Assembly (NCBI GenBank): GCA_951406725.2 | Contig: OX597833.1 | Location: forward strand, 65,534,001 to 65,598,000 | Length of the DNA stretch: 64,000 bases | Reading direction: 5' to 3' | From: Octopus vulgaris | Lineage: Eukaryota | Notes under the pieces: model-generated | What the model was told of the DNA's origin: nothing | The model's database searches: none | Seen by the model: the letters and a program-made list of their open reading frames with translations, nothing else | Program-made: the position numbers and the translations under genes | Part shown: in pieces, positions 13,315-28,065 of the stretch | How positions within the stretch are numbered: the first letter of the stretch is position 1 | Layout: each line of letters starts with the position of its first letter

Positions 13315-14313
13315 CACTGATTCTCTACCGATCTCTTCTTGATGGTTCTATATCTCTAACTTCTACCTCAGTCTCTTTCTTTCTCTGTCTCTCTTACCCT
13401 CTCTCTCTCTCTCTCTCTCTCTCCCTTTCTCCCCTTTTTTTTCTTTTTTCTATACATCCATACACACGTTCATTTATACCTTAGTGTGTTTTTGCGCTTT
13501 TGTGCACTCTTGTGTGTATTTATAGAAAGAAAGATACGGCAAAAGAGAGCGAGAGAAAAGAAAGAAGGGAGATAAACACACATCTCAGAAGTATCCTCGC
13601 TGCTTTTCCATTCAACAGTTTCTCTTCTATCTCTCGTTAAAATTCCTCTCTCTCTAGCTCTCCTATTCCCAATCTTCTCGCTACCTTTATCTCTCTCTCT
13701 TTCTGTCTATCTCTTTATGATGTCTCTTCGTATTTCTATCTATCAACCGACCTAATTCCTCAGCCAATCCCACATACCGTTTCTACACACTTCACTCTGA
13801 AACGCTACATTAATACTTTTCCAACCTTTTAAAGCTCTTTGGTAAATTAACTGTCTTTCTATGACGGTACTTAATATCAATTTCAGTAGAATATTCTTAT
13901 TACCGAAGCCAGGTTTTCTTCGAATATTACAACTTCTATAAACCTTCAGCTTTCTAATTATACTTTTCAACGTATTTGTCTTCAATTTCTCGAAACTGTT
14001 TCTATATTTGCGAAAGTTACAGCTCTTTCAAAATTGGATAATTTTGAATGAAAACGTCGGCTTACTCGTCACAAGATTGTTAACTCGTGACCACTTAAAG
14101 GCTGTATGGTATGACTGTTGATATTGGAAATTATTTAAACTGTACTTTGACTATAAGCTTACTAAACTTCAGGTAGGAAGCTATAAGTAGGTTGGTTAAT
14201 AGTCATACAACGCTGTCCACTTTCGCTGAGGAGTTTTAAAGGTGCAGAAACATTTCGCAGTTGTCAGCATGTCATTTATTTGATATTTGTCACTACTTTC
14301 CTTTCTCAAACCT

Positions 14314-14445
14314 GTGTTGTAAGAAGTTTGCTTCCCAACCACATGGTTCCGGGTTCTGTCCCACTGCGTGGCAACTTGGGTAAATGTATTTTACTATAGC
14401 TTCGGGTGGACCAAATCCTTGTGAGTGAATTTGGTAGAAGGGAAC
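14314..14445 (+). mobile_element. Family-B SINE, 5' half
   Basis: GTAAGAAGTTTGCTTCCCAACCACATGGTTCCGGGTT... matches the head of 23652-24007. Confidence 0.75.
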
Positions 14446-14495
14446 ATTCTAGGTGCAACCCCATGGTCATTCATGACCGAAGTGGGGTTTCCCCC

Positions 14496-14554
<59 letters not shown>

Positions 14555-14619
14555 TCTAATGACAGAGGGAAATAAGTAGAAGCAAAAAGCTAATAAACGT
14601 GTGGAAGTAGCTCATATAA

Positions 14620-15410
14620 TGTATTGATAATATTCATCAAAATCGCATAAAAATATTTTGAAATGCTAACGAGTAAATTCATTCAGTTAAATCCCTACCG
14701 GTATCAACCACGGCCGGCAGGCGACTCCGGAATCTCCTGCAACTCTTCTGAAGCGTCTCCATGTTTACGTTGGTGAATGTTGCCATAATACTTGCCTTCA
14801 AGTCATCTTTAGTGTTAAAAGGCGTTGGTCTCTCGCTCAAAATCGCCCCAGACATAATAATCAAGGGGGTTGCAGTCTCGGGAGTTAGGTGACCAGATGT
14901 TAGGGCTGATGTGTTCGCAGAAATTGTCTGACAGCCATGACTGGGTTCTCCTGCTCGCGTGACATGATGCACAGTCCTGTTGCCAGACATAGGGTCTTCC
15001 AGCAGCTACTGTCTTGACGTAGGGTAGCACTACCTCTTCCAGGCACTTGATGTATGCCTCCCTGTTGCGTCTGAGTCCGTGTTGGAAGATGAATGGAGGC
15101 ATAATGTCGCCATGACTAGTGATCACTCGAAACACCATGAAGTTGACTGGATGTTTGATTTTCATTAATCTTTGATTTTTATCACCCAAACATTCTGAAA
15201 TTTTCGTACTGGAAGATCCGGCACGAATGCTAAGCCGTGTAGCATGTCGTTTCCGTATTTCTGGCTGAGTAAATTGCGTCATGGTGCTCATTCTCCCACA
15301 GACGGTGCCCAACTGACCCTGCTACACTGTGTAGTCGACAAAATCAAAAAACAAAATATGCGCATGCGCGAAATTAAAATATATGTCCACAATTCGCCCC
15401 TCACACCCTG
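14620..15410 (-). pseudogene. Internally deleted Tc1/mariner transposon of the DD37D (maT) family
   Basis: ORF 14815-15312 contains YVWQQDCASCH...WSPNSRDCNPLDYYVWG with 37 residues between the second and third catalytic Asp. The C-terminus continues in another frame (ORF 14679-14990). TIR-like TA|CAGGGTGTGAGGGGCGAATTGTGGAC ends at 15410; left end approximate. Confidence 0.88.
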
Positions 15411-15426
15411 TATATATATATATATT

Positions 15427-15583
15427 TAGAAAAACAAGACGGAAACAGGTGTACAAACAACAAGCAGGTGTATTAGTTTGACACTCGCGAAGGTGCGAAG
15501 TCTTTTACATTTCGAGCCTATGCTTTTCAACAGAAAGGAACACGGGAAAATAAAAAGAGAGAGATTTAGCGGCCAATCATGGG

Positions 15584-15587
<4 letters not shown>
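15427..15587 (-). mobile_element. ~160-bp (TA)n-embedded mini-element with hammerhead-like motif (15502-15537)
   Basis: Flanked by (TA)n on both sides; related to 331-424 and 48245-48425; minus strand CUUU CUGUUGA A AAGC auag GCUC GAAA U GUA AAAG. Confidence 0.6.
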
Positions 15588-15617
<30 letters not shown>

Positions 15618-15641
15618 TCATATACATATGTATACGTATTC

Positions 15642-15690
<49 letters not shown>

Positions 15691-15759
15691 CAGGTATGTT
15701 TACATATGCATGTATACACATACACATACGCAGATACATATATACATACACACATGCAC

Positions 15760-15795
<36 letters not shown>

Positions 15796-16244
15796 AGACC
15801 CGAATGACGTATGTGTTTATGTGAGTCTATATTTACGTGGTTTATTCGGACAATGCGTGTCCAGGTAAATTTGTTTTCGTATTTCCAATTAAAAGTCAGA
15901 CAAGCTACTTGGAAACTAACGACTCTTTCCCATTTCGATATTCGCCTCGTGTCATGTAAGACGATTCCTATCTCTTGAGGAATTTCTTTACAGAATCTCT
16001 TGTTATTCCGTGTTACCGATTCTTTCTCGTCTGTCCGTTCACCTTCTTTAATTTTCCTCTGTCATTTTGTCCATTTATTCATCAATACGTCCGTCTTTCT
16101 ATCAATTACCCACTCACTCTGTCTGTCAGATGGTTATTTAACAGTTTTCTCTCCATGTTTTTCTTTCTCTGCATCGGAGCAAAATGTCTACTTATGTACA
16201 CATGATATATCTATATATTCTCTCTCTCTCTCTCTCTTTCTCAT

Positions 16245-16530
16245 CATCTTCTTCTTCTTCTTCTTCTTCTTCTTCTTCTCCTTCTTCTTCTTCTCTTTTT
16301 CTTCTTCTTCTTCTTGTTCATCTACGTCTTCCCCTTCTTCTTCTTCTTCTTTTTCATCATCATCTTCTTCTTCTTTTTCATCATCATCTTCTTCTTCTTC
16401 TTCTTCTTTTCTTCTTCTCCTTCTCCTTCTTCATCTTCTTCTTCTTCTTCTTCTTCCTCCTCTTCTTCTTCTTCTACTTCTTCTTCTTCTTCTTTCTTCT
16501 TCTTCTTCTGCTCCATTTCTTTCTTCTTGT
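16245..16530. repeat. (CTT)n/(CAT)n microsatellite
   Basis: Direct reading. Confidence 0.95.
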
Positions 16531-16794
16531 GTAAGCAGCAAAACTTTTTCGATAGTGTGCAGAATAATATATTACGATTTGTTTTTCTGCTAAAGCTACA
16601 AGGAAATATTGATTGGGGCTATTTTGTCTAGTCGATTATATGAACCAAAGGGCACCACTTTATCGATTCTTTAAAGGGTTACAGGCAATGCTGATTTGGT
16701 GAAAGCTGAACTCAGGACGTAACGCTAGGAGAATTGCCGCTAAGCTTTTTGTCCAGACCGTTACTCGTATTATATCGGGAATAATAATAATAAT

Positions 16795-16972
16795 ACAATT
16801 GCAGCGTGGAAGGTGTTTGTAAGCCATTTAAGAAACACACAAAAGCCGTTCGATTCACTTCAACATTTAAGTTTAATTTGTCAAAATATTTTCGTCGCTA
16901 AAATCCGCTGCAATTGTTTTCGTTCCAGCACACGATCTCAGATCAAATCACTTGCTATGCGAGTACATCTCC

Positions 16973-16975
<3 letters not shown>
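16795..16975. mobile_element. ~180-bp mini-element in (AAT)n; same family as 47525-47763
   Basis: Near-identical CAATTGCAGCGTGGAAGGTGTTTGTAAGCC... and CACACGATCTCAGATCAAATCACTTGCTATGC blocks in both loci. Confidence 0.8.
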
Positions 16976-17046
<71 letters not shown>

Positions 17047-17226
17047 CACGGCTGTGACAGTGGAGTTGTCACGTTCTGTCGGTAATGTACGAGTGCTTAA
17101 GCTTGAATGTTGTTCAAACATTATAAGCAAGGCCTAACCTTCCACAACAAAAGAAGAGTCTCTTCTGCCAAAGGCTCGGACATTGTCAGTAGATTTAGTT
17201 GACGGAAACTAAAAGGAATACTTCGC

Positions 17227-17280
<54 letters not shown>

Positions 17281-17283
<3 letters not shown>

Positions 17284-17652
17284 AGCAAAACACCCCCACC
17301 CCGCCCAATAGGCGGTGTTGAGTTGTCAAACATTTAAACTAAATTTTCTCAAAACAACTTGTCCGACCGTTGCATAGACCTACTCTTTGAGAAACACTGA
17401 TTTGAGACACCAGCAAAAGAAGTAATAAAGATAGACTTTTTTCTATTCCAAGAAAAATGATTTTACAAATGCACGTTCCCACGGCTTTATCGATCGCATT
17501 CTCACCTAGAATCGATTTTTGTAATTTTTCCATAATTTTTAGATGCCCTGATGCCGTCGGTATCTACATATCAAATTTGAGCGCAATCGGATGGAGGATG
17601 CTCGAGATCCTAGAAGACAAAAACACAGACAGACAGAACGGATTTTATATAA
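17281..17652 (-). mobile_element. Possible second non-autonomous Helitron-like family
   Basis: Ends ...ACAGACAGACAGAACGGATTTTATATAATAT, like the Helitron 5' end; GC-rich hairpin CCGCC CAATA GGCGG near the other end; terminal CTAG not intact. Confidence 0.4.
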
Positions 17653-18295
17653 TATATATATATATATATGTATGTGTGGGTGCTTATGTGTGTGTGTGTG
17701 AATGTGTACTTGTGTTTGTGTGCATGTATGTGCGATGCGTTAGTTTTGCGTTTGTACCTTCTACCGCTTGACAACCGGTCTTGTTTTGTTTACGTCCCTA
17801 CAATTAGCGGTTCGACATGTAAGACCGAGATAATAAGTAACAGACATTAATGAAAAATACTGGGGTCATCATGTGCAACTAAACTCTTGATGACGATACA
17901 CCCCACCCGGAGTACGTGACCACTGCATCGTAATCGGTGGGGTAGTACTACAGTCTCAGATCTAGCAGACTGACTGCGACCGTGGACTTCAACACTACAA
18001 ATGTAGATTCGCTGTCGGATACCCGGGGTACGGCGGAGGCACCATAGATGGAAACAGTTTCGGCTTTTTCAATTGTCTACGATAGAAAAGAAACAGCCAA
18101 CTCTCAGTTGCCTTTAGCTACGAAGGCTAAATCCAAGAATTAAAGACGTTTACTTTCGTGTCGATCGAATTTCAAAGCCGATGATACAAACTCTATTCAA
18201 ATTCCCAGCTGCATTACTTACGTAAACGCCAATATTCATATACATACTTATATGTTCATATACATACATACATACATACATACATACGTACATAC

Positions 18296-18374
<79 letters not shown>

Positions 18375-18402
18375 TATGTATATAAACGTATGTATATGTA
18401 TG

Positions 18403-18465
<63 letters not shown>

Positions 18466-18776
18466 ATATACGGGCACTCAAGAATCTATAATCGTATCAT
18501 ACTCTCTGTCATCCATGTTTTACTTAGAACGAACATATCTCCATCATGTTTTCATAACAGCGACAGCAACAATATGAGCGGTAGAAAATAAGTGCAACAA
18601 CAACAAAACCAACAACAACAACAACAACAACAATAAAAACAGTATAAATATAACAAAGTGTAACAACAACGTTATTAAGAAGATGTACAGATACAATCAC
18701 CGTGAAAAATATAAAATATAAAATATAAAAAAAAGCCTACCAGAATATCATATATATATAATATAATATATATGTA

Positions 18777-18914
<138 letters not shown>

Positions 18915-19234
18915 GTTGCTGAGACCGAGTGCCTTATGCAAAAATATCTCACGCTAATCAAATGTAATTGTGTGAAATAAATATATCAATTTTCAGAAGG
19001 TGTTTATAGATTTTTCTCCTTGCCATAAATAAACAAATACAAAGGCATTTCCATAGGCAAAGGTGAGTTACGTGAAGAGAGAAAATTGAGTAGCATCGTG
19101 GTAAAAATAAGCTCAATATTATTTGTTTTCAATTCAGAAGGCAGAAAACCTGAGAGCGAAAATCAAAATCAAAACGCTATCAAATACACACAGCCCCACA
19201 CAAAACATTTAAGTATGTATGTGTGTGTATGTAC

Positions 19235-19379
<145 letters not shown>

Positions 19380-19602
19380 CATATATGTGTGTCTATATAT
19401 ATATGTGTATGTGTGTATGTATATAATATATATATATATGTATGGATATATATCTATGTAATTTACACCTCTATGTATATATATATATACATATATACGT
19501 ATATACGAATATACATACATATATACATATACATATAGACAGAAAGATAGGTGGGCATATATACATACATACATACATACATACATATTTACATACATAC
19601 AT

Positions 19603-19661
<59 letters not shown>

Positions 19662-20085
19662 TGTATGTATGTATGTATGTATGTATGTATGCATGTATAT
19701 ATGCCTGCCTATGTCTCTGTCTATCTTTAGGCGTGTATGTACGTGTGTGTGTGTGTGTGTATGAATGTATGTAATATACCTTTTTCCTTCTTAAAGAATT
19801 CCCGTTTTATCTCATTGCCTTTGAATATGTACACTCACACGTGCACATGTGCATGCACGTATTTGGGTGTGTATACATATACATAAATACACCTAGATAA
19901 AGATGTATGCATATATACGCATGCATATGGAGATCTATATATATATACATACATGCGTTTATATAAGTATATATATATATGTGTGTATACTTATATTTCC
20001 ATATACGTGTGTGTGTGTGTGTGATTGTATGTTTGTGTGTGTGATTGTATGTATGTGTGTGTGATTTTATGTGAGTGTGTGTGAT

Positions 20086-20141
<56 letters not shown>

Positions 20142-20291
20142 AAAGCTGTTTACTTTGGTTTCTTTCTCAACATAAGTTTTCAATATATAGGATATTTTTT
20201 TTATCTAACAATAGAATAAATACAGAACAATATCTGTGTAACAACGAGTAACAACAGTAATAATAGAGCGAACATAGATAGAGAAGTAGAC

Positions 20292-20367
<76 letters not shown>

Positions 20368-20529
20368 TGATAGATAGATAGATAGGTAGGTAGGTAGAGA
20401 GAGATAGAGAAAGTCAGCTAGGTTTGTAGGTATGTAGATTGGTAGAGTAGCGATAAATAAACATAAATAAACATAGATATGTATATATATAAAATTATAT
20501 ATGTATATATGATTGTATACGTATTTGTA

Positions 20530-20582
<53 letters not shown>

Positions 20583-21117
20583 ATATATACACATATACAT
20601 ATATACATATATATATACTTGTGTAAAAACATATGTATATACATATATATATATACATATATATATGTATATATACACCTATATATATATACATATACAT
20701 CTATACATAAATATACATATATATACATATAAACATATATACATATTTACAAATATATGTACGCATGTCTGCATGTCTGCATGTCTTTGTGAGTATGTAT
20801 GTACGTATATAAGTATGTATGTAAGCATGTACGATATATATCTATGCGAGCATCACAACAGAAAACTACAAAGGATAAAATATGAACAGAAACCACAAGG
20901 ATATCGATTTATGAAATGGGTTTCATTATTCTTTACGTTCTGATGTACACATGTATTTTGTTTTCTAGTGTAATCATTACATTCTTTTTTTTTTATTCAA
21001 CTGGGCTCCTTCTTTTGTAAAATGATGGACGTTGAATGCAGGATGTTGAAGGAATCCTTTAACATTTGTTGGTTATTGTTTGTCAGCGTGTGGACGTTAC
21101 AAAACTAACGTTATACA

Positions 21118-21238
<121 letters not shown>

Positions 21239-21379
21239 CTATACATACACACATACACACACATATATAGATAGATATATTTATTTATGTATGTATGTAT
21301 GTATGTATGCATGTATATATGTATATATATGTGTAAGTATGTATTGATATACATGCATATATGTATATATATATATTGG

Positions 21380-21482
<103 letters not shown>

Positions 21483-21619
21483 GGTTTTGTTTGCATGTAT
21501 CTACTTATACATAGGTGTATACGCGTGTGTATACGCGTGTGTATATACATACACACTGAATCGTCTCTGTTCCAGTTCCTATTAATGCTCTTCTCGTTTT
21601 CCTTTCATCGTCATCTTGT

Positions 21620-21703
<84 letters not shown>

Positions 21704-21931
21704 CAGCAGTAGCAGCACCACAGCAAGTATGATGTATACGGTTGGGGGATGATGTGGGGCGGTGTGTTGTCGCTGCTGTTGTGGTTGTAATAGTAGCAAG
21801 GTTTAGTAGTATTTGTATCATCAATAACGTTTTTGTTTTTGTTGTTTTGTTGTTATTCTATACCGAAATACATTAGCATCACTCACAGAAGATCGGATTA
21901 TAATGTGTGATTAAATTAACAACACTGCTCT

Positions 21932-21982
<51 letters not shown>

Positions 21983-22292
21983 TAGATATATATATATAGA
22001 TACGTATAGATTTATATATATATATATATATATATATACACGCACACACATATATATGTGTGTATGTATATATAATTGTACGCATACTTGCGTTCATACA
22101 CAGTTGAACAATATGGAAGTATACGCTATATATTTGTGTCTGTGTTTGAGAACATAATATCTATTCACACACATGTTTACGCACGTGCTCATATATATAT
22201 ATGTGTGCGTGAGTGTGTTTGTGTATGTATGTTTATGTGTATGTATGTATACATCTGTACACATATATTTATTTATGTATATCTCCATAAAT

Positions 22293-22364
<72 letters not shown>

Positions 22365-22657
22365 ATGCAATACATATGTATGTATGCATGCATACACAAA
22401 TTAAATCATAAATTAACTGCTATGCAGATACAATTTTGTGTTCTTTTGCTGGAAAAAAAATACAAGAATTATATACACAGTAGTATATATCATAAGAATT
22501 ACGCCTAATTAAAGACTCCAGTATATATACACATATGTTGCCCTTATTTCCGTTTCGAATTTCAATGCGTTGAATGTTCTGCAAGCACATACGAATAAAC
22601 ATCACAGCAGTTTACAAGTGAATTTCACCAGCCACATGGACGATATACATACATACA

Positions 22658-22738
<81 letters not shown>

Positions 22739-23127
22739 TTACATATGTATGTAATTATCTATGTATGTAAGTGCATCTTACATTTCATTGTAACAAAGGG
22801 GTATCGTTTTCCAGCACGGATCGTTGAAGTATTACGTACTACATTGTCGATCATCAATGGAATCGATTTATGATATTGTGTGTTATTCTATACCGAGATG
22901 ACAGTGAATATCTGATCGAAATGTTAGATATTCTGCATACACCTAACGTCCCAACAACACAGGCCATGGATCGATAAGTTTTGCAGGGTTTCAATCTACA
23001 CTAAAACCGTTACTTTATATCTACATTATTGTCATCTATCCGTAAAAGTGTTGTTTTTACTTAATAACTAAAATGCTACCAACATATAAATATAGATATC
23101 CATAAGCTTTTTTGATGTATGTATATA

Positions 23128-23385
23128 TATGGTGGTTTTCTACTCCTTATGCAGAGTTTGATCACCTCCAGAACCTACACCTTAGAGCCATCCTGGCATC
23201 TGATGTGGCTTTTTTACGCAGACAATATTTGGAAAAGAAACCCACATATATTGCATATCCGATTTTGACCACCAAGACCTACAAATAAGTTCTCAACTTT
23301 GTGGATCTTAAAATGTATTTTGAGGCCTCCGATGGATTTGCAAACCTTCTGGCGTACATTGATTTGAAATGTGTGCACAGACATA
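23128..23385 (-). pseudogene. Decayed C2H2 zinc-finger pair, probably the 3' end of an RTE-like LINE ORF
   Basis: Minus translation ...FQINVRQKVCKSIGGLKIHFKIH...ICNICGFLFQILSA*KSHIR with an in-frame stop, then a short UTR and a microsatellite tail. Confidence 0.55.
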
Positions 23386-23603
23386 TAGGCAGAATATAAA
23401 TGTAGGAAATAGTGGCACAACAAAGCACCGGTTATTGCTAGAAATAGAAGTTGATAACTGTACGACGCCATGAAAGGTTCACTGAATGTATAGTGGCCAG
23501 GAATTGTGCGGGCCGAGAACATAAAAAATATTACTATAATTTTGCAATGGCATTTATAATTGCTATATGAGAGTGTGTATGTGTATGTGTGTCTGTGTCT
23601 ATA

Positions 23604-23651
<48 letters not shown>

Positions 23652-23653
<2 letters not shown>

Positions 23654-24007
23654 CGCAGGAATGGCTGTGTGGTATGTAGCTTGCTTACCAGCCACATGGT
23701 TCCGGGTTCAGTCCCACTGCGTGGCACGTTGGGCAAGTGTCTTCTACTATAGCCTCGGGCCGACCAAAGCCTTGTGAGTGAATATGGTAGACGGAAACTG
23801 AAAGAAGCCTGTCGTATATATGTATATATGTGTGTGTGTTTGTCTGCCCCACCACCATCGCTTGACAACCGATGCTGGTGTGTTTACGTCCCCGTAACTT
23901 AGAATAAGTACTAGGCTTACAAAGAGTAAGTCCTGGGGTTGATTTGCGCGACAAAAGTTTGTGCTCCAGCATGGCCGCAGTCAAATGACTAAAAACAAGT
24001 AAAAGAG
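23652..24007 (+). mobile_element. tRNA-derived SINE, family B, near full length, in (TA)n
   Basis: Head GGCGCAGGAATGGCTGTGTGG..GGGTTCAGTCCC, internal TA/TG microsatellite, tail CAAGTAAAAGAG; about 10 copies or fragments in the window. Confidence 0.88.
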
Positions 24008-24076
<69 letters not shown>

Positions 24077-24810
24077 ATGTGTGCATATATATATATATAT
24101 TGCATACATATATGCATACACATATATTAAACCACCATTTCTGAAAGGCAAACTTATAAACATCCTGGTTGAATTTGTTTTTCCTCATAAAAAGCAACGA
24201 ACAGCGGGAAATTGGTAAATATAAGTAAACGACAAAATAATTCATTAAATCCATTTCTTCAACTAAATCGATTTGCTCAACTAAAGGTGGTGCTCCAGCA
24301 TGGCCGCAGTCAAATGACTGAAATAAGTAAAAGAGTAAAAGAGTAAAGAATATTATCCATTGTACTGTATATTATTTCAAGCTTTTTTACACGACAAAAT
24401 CTCGATCTAAATTAAAGATAATTAATGTTGTAGAAACCTGTTGTAGTTCCCTTGAATATTTGTGATACATAAATAAGATAACATGTAAGAAAGAAAAGGT
24501 ATCCGGTGAGATTGTTGTCAGCAATCAATCCTACGTCCCTCATGTTTTTCGATGTTATGAGCAGGATCCCCTGGAGGAAGAGAATATGGTTAGTTGAATG
24601 CATTCCTTTTACCAAACTGTATGAGAGCTTAATTTTCCCTCATTTAACCGCATGCTGCTTTTTCTCTGCTCATTGGCTCACTGCATATCGTCGATCAGAC
24701 TAGAGTCCAGTTCGATCATCTCCACTGAAAATCTTCTATTGCCTGGATTCATCTGCGAGTTGTTTTGTATTACAGTGTTTGATTATATTTCAAATGCCGT
24801 TTGCTTAGAC

Positions 24811-25011
24811 CAGTGGTTTTCAACCAGGGTTCCGCCAGTACAGTCCAGGGGTTCCGCAAGAAGTTACAAAACTGCTAAAATCGGCAGTAATTTTTAATTC
24901 TCCTGTGCAGATATGTGTGCATAAAGCTATTAAATTATTGCACAGGGGTTCCCCGAGCCAGTGGAATATTTCCTTGGGGTTCCGCTCCAGCAAAAAGTTT
25001 GAAAAGCACTG
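24811..25011. mobile_element. hAT (Charlie/Buster-type) MITE, 201 bp
   Basis: TIRs CAGTGGTTTTCAA / TTGAAAAGCACTG; 8-bp TSD GCTTAGAC (24803-24810) / GCCTAGAC (25012-25019) with central TA; repeated GGGTTCCG subterminal motifs. Confidence 0.88.
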
Positions 25012-25851
25012 GCCTAGACTGTTATGCCGCACGTTCGGATACCTTCTACTCAACTACTCTCTCTACAACTGCTACTCTCCTACTCTACTTTGCTCATTTT
25101 GTCTACCTCTCGACGTCTAGGCTTCTCCCTCTATATCTACGTATTGGGCTAGCCTACTTCATCGTCTGGGGGCGTCCACACAACAGACTATGAACAGAAG
25201 CGGGCCCGCGATATGCATTAAAGTATGTAAATATTTTACATTACTAAAGTGGTGATCTAGCAGAAATCGACTTTACATTTCATCCTTTAGGGATCTATAA
25301 AATAAGAACCAGTTCAGTACTGGGGGGTCGATGTAATCGACTTACCCAACTCCCGAGATTGTTTGCCGTTTAACAAAATTAAAAATTAATATTTCATATT
25401 ACAAATTTAAATGTCTCGGAATCACCAGGGATTTGCGAATTCTTTTCTTCATGACAAAATATATTAACGTGAAATTATATATCCTTCGAGTCGGATGAAT
25501 ATAGAATTTTAGAAATTGAGGAAAATTAAGCGCTGAAGAATTCAATTGTCTTCATATGATTCCTGGATGTCTACTGATTACTGTTTATAAAGACAGAAAC
25601 GAAATTCTTTCGTAATCTTTTATATCATTTGTCATAAATAAAATATTTAATCTGAACTGAGCTGTATTGAGACATTTAAATTTGTATCACGATAAATAAT
25701 GCGCTCCAAGGATATACGCTTTCTTCATATTTAAATGTAATTCATGTATGTCTATTATGATGTATTTCATACGCACACATATACGATGCATATACACACT
25801 CAAATACATACATACACACACACACGCATATAAATATATATATATATATAC

Positions 25852-25909
<58 letters not shown>

Positions 25910-25929
25910 CATATATACAATCATAGTTG

Positions 25930-26301
25930 TCGATGGCAAATATACGTCACGATGTGTTGATGCTACTGTTTATAACTCGCTCTGAGATTTATCATTGTTT
26001 GATTTCCCTTTTTCAATATCAGTGTCAATCGATACTGGAAAAAGTATATGTATTTGTGAAGGAAACCGACTTCTCATCGACACCTATGATTGTCACACGC
26101 CGATGACGGGTCAATACCCTGAAACTCGAGTCCGTGTGTATCAGAAGTTGAAGACGGGAAGGATGTCTTCCCTTCGCAAATACTGATAGGGCACAGAAAG
26201 TGTGTCTATAGCGAGCTGGAGGAGGTGTCCTCCTGGGGCTACAAACTACAGTAGCATCCACCCTTCGGGGTTAGCCATATTCAAATGGCAAATATACGTC
26301 A
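25930..26301 (+). mobile_element. Non-coding element with terminal direct repeat ATGGCAAATATACGTCAC and an internal hammerhead
   Basis: 18-bp direct repeat at about 25933 and about 26285; the segment 26185-26301 is related (reverse complement) to 62826-62905 and 1700-1780. Confidence 0.65.
26094..26138 (+). ncRNA. Minimal type-I hammerhead ribozyme (U4C core variant)
   Basis: CACACG CCGAUGA C GGGU caau ACCC U GAAA CUCGAG UC CGUGUG: perfect 6-bp stem I, palindromic ACUCGAGU stem III, GUC site after 26132. Confidence 0.8.
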
Positions 26302-26358
26302 CTATATTTATACATATATACATATACAGTATATCTATATACAGTATATATATGTGTG

Positions 26359-26459
<101 letters not shown>

Positions 26460-26497
26460 TGTATATCTATATATATATATATATATATATACATATA

Positions 26498-26652
26498 CCG
26501 GAGTAAACACATAAATGTAAAACAAGGTGGAAAAAAGAGTACTCAAATATCAGGGGTAGAGTAATATGCTTTATTTAAAAGCAGCAGAAATTCAACAAAA
26601 CCTGTTACTCGGAGTTTCACGTTCCCGTTCGTCGGACAGTTTTGTTAAACTG
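26498..26652 (-). mobile_element. ~155-bp (TA)n-embedded mini-element carrying a hammerhead
   Basis: Unique-looking block bounded by (TA)n on both sides; contains the fold at 26594-26646. Confidence 0.7.
26594..26646 (-). ncRNA. Minimal type-I hammerhead ribozyme (U4C core variant)
   Basis: Minus strand AACAAAACUGU CCGACGA ACG ggaa CGU GAAA CUCCGAG UA ACAGGUUUUGUU: 11-bp stem I with one bulge, GNRA-capped stem II, near-palindromic stem III, GUA site. Confidence 0.82.
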
Positions 26653-26703
26653 TATATATATATATATATATACATACATACATACATACATACATACATA
26701 CAC

Positions 26704-27018
26704 AAACATCAACACAAGGAATGCTGGTGGAATGTTGCCATCCAAACATCAGTCAAACGTAAGCATAAAATGTCGGATAAAATAATGCTATGAAATTCAA
26801 AGAGGAACAGGATAACCACGGGTAATGGCTTCGAGACCTTCATCTACGATATCCAAATTTAAATTCCATTTATACTAATAATAATTTGCCTACGTGGAAA
26901 TCTGGATAAGCTAGGATTTTCAGAAAAGGAGATCGACCGAGTTACTTGCACATTACAAGTGCAATTTGTAAGTGGAACAGTGAAAACGTGCAAGACTTTT
27001 CTCAAGTTTAAATTGTGA
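26704..27018 (+). pseudogene. 3' fragment of an RLE-type (R4/Dong-like) non-LTR retrotransposon ORF
   Basis: Disrupted frames KECWWNVAIQTSVKRKHK... and ...RGNLDKLGFSEKEIDRVTCTLQVQFVSGTVKTCKTFLKFKL*, resembling the restriction-like endonuclease C-terminus. Confidence 0.6.
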
Positions 27019-27122
27019 CATTGTTTTGCTCATCTCTATTCCAACAATAAAGCTTTGTATCTTTGTTAGAAACCAGCTCCTTCTTCGGAGGAAGAACTAA
27101 AAACAAAACAGAATATATATTG

Positions 27123-27354
27123 ATACATACATACATACAAACATACATTCATACATACATTCATTCACTCATGCACGCATTCATACATACATACATACAT
27201 ACATACATACCCACACACATATATACATATATAGACATACATACATATATACACATGTATACAAACATAGACACACATACATACATGCATACATACATAC
27301 ACACATATATACATGCATAGACACACACAGATACATACATAATACATACAACAT

Positions 27355-27385
<31 letters not shown>

Positions 27386-27614
27386 CATACATACATACAC
27401 ACACATATATACATACATACATAGACACACATATATACATACATACATACATACACACATACATACATACATACATACATAGACACACATACATACATGC
27501 ATACATACACACATACATACACGCACACATGCACACATACATACATACATACACGCACACATGCACACATACATACATACATACATACATAGATGCATAC
27601 ATACATACACACAT

Positions 27615-27645
<31 letters not shown>

Positions 27646-27709
27646 TACATACATACATACATACATACATACATACATACATACATACATACATACATAC
27701 ATACATACA

Positions 27710-27743
<34 letters not shown>

Positions 27744-28033
27744 CATACATAAATACATACATACATACATACATACATACATACATACACACACACACAT
27801 ACATACATACATACATACACACATACATACATACATACATACATACATACATACACAAATACATACATACATACATACATACATACATACATACATACAT
27901 ACATACATACATACACACATACATACATACATACATACATACATACATACATACATACATACATACATACATACATACATACATACATACATACACACAT
28001 ACATACATACACATACATACATACACACACACA

Positions 28034-28065
<32 letters not shown>

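Noticed and set aside
17895-18140. GC-richer block, possibly a LINE 5' UTR (similarly 48620-48920)
   Set aside because: No second copy or ORF in the window to support a call.
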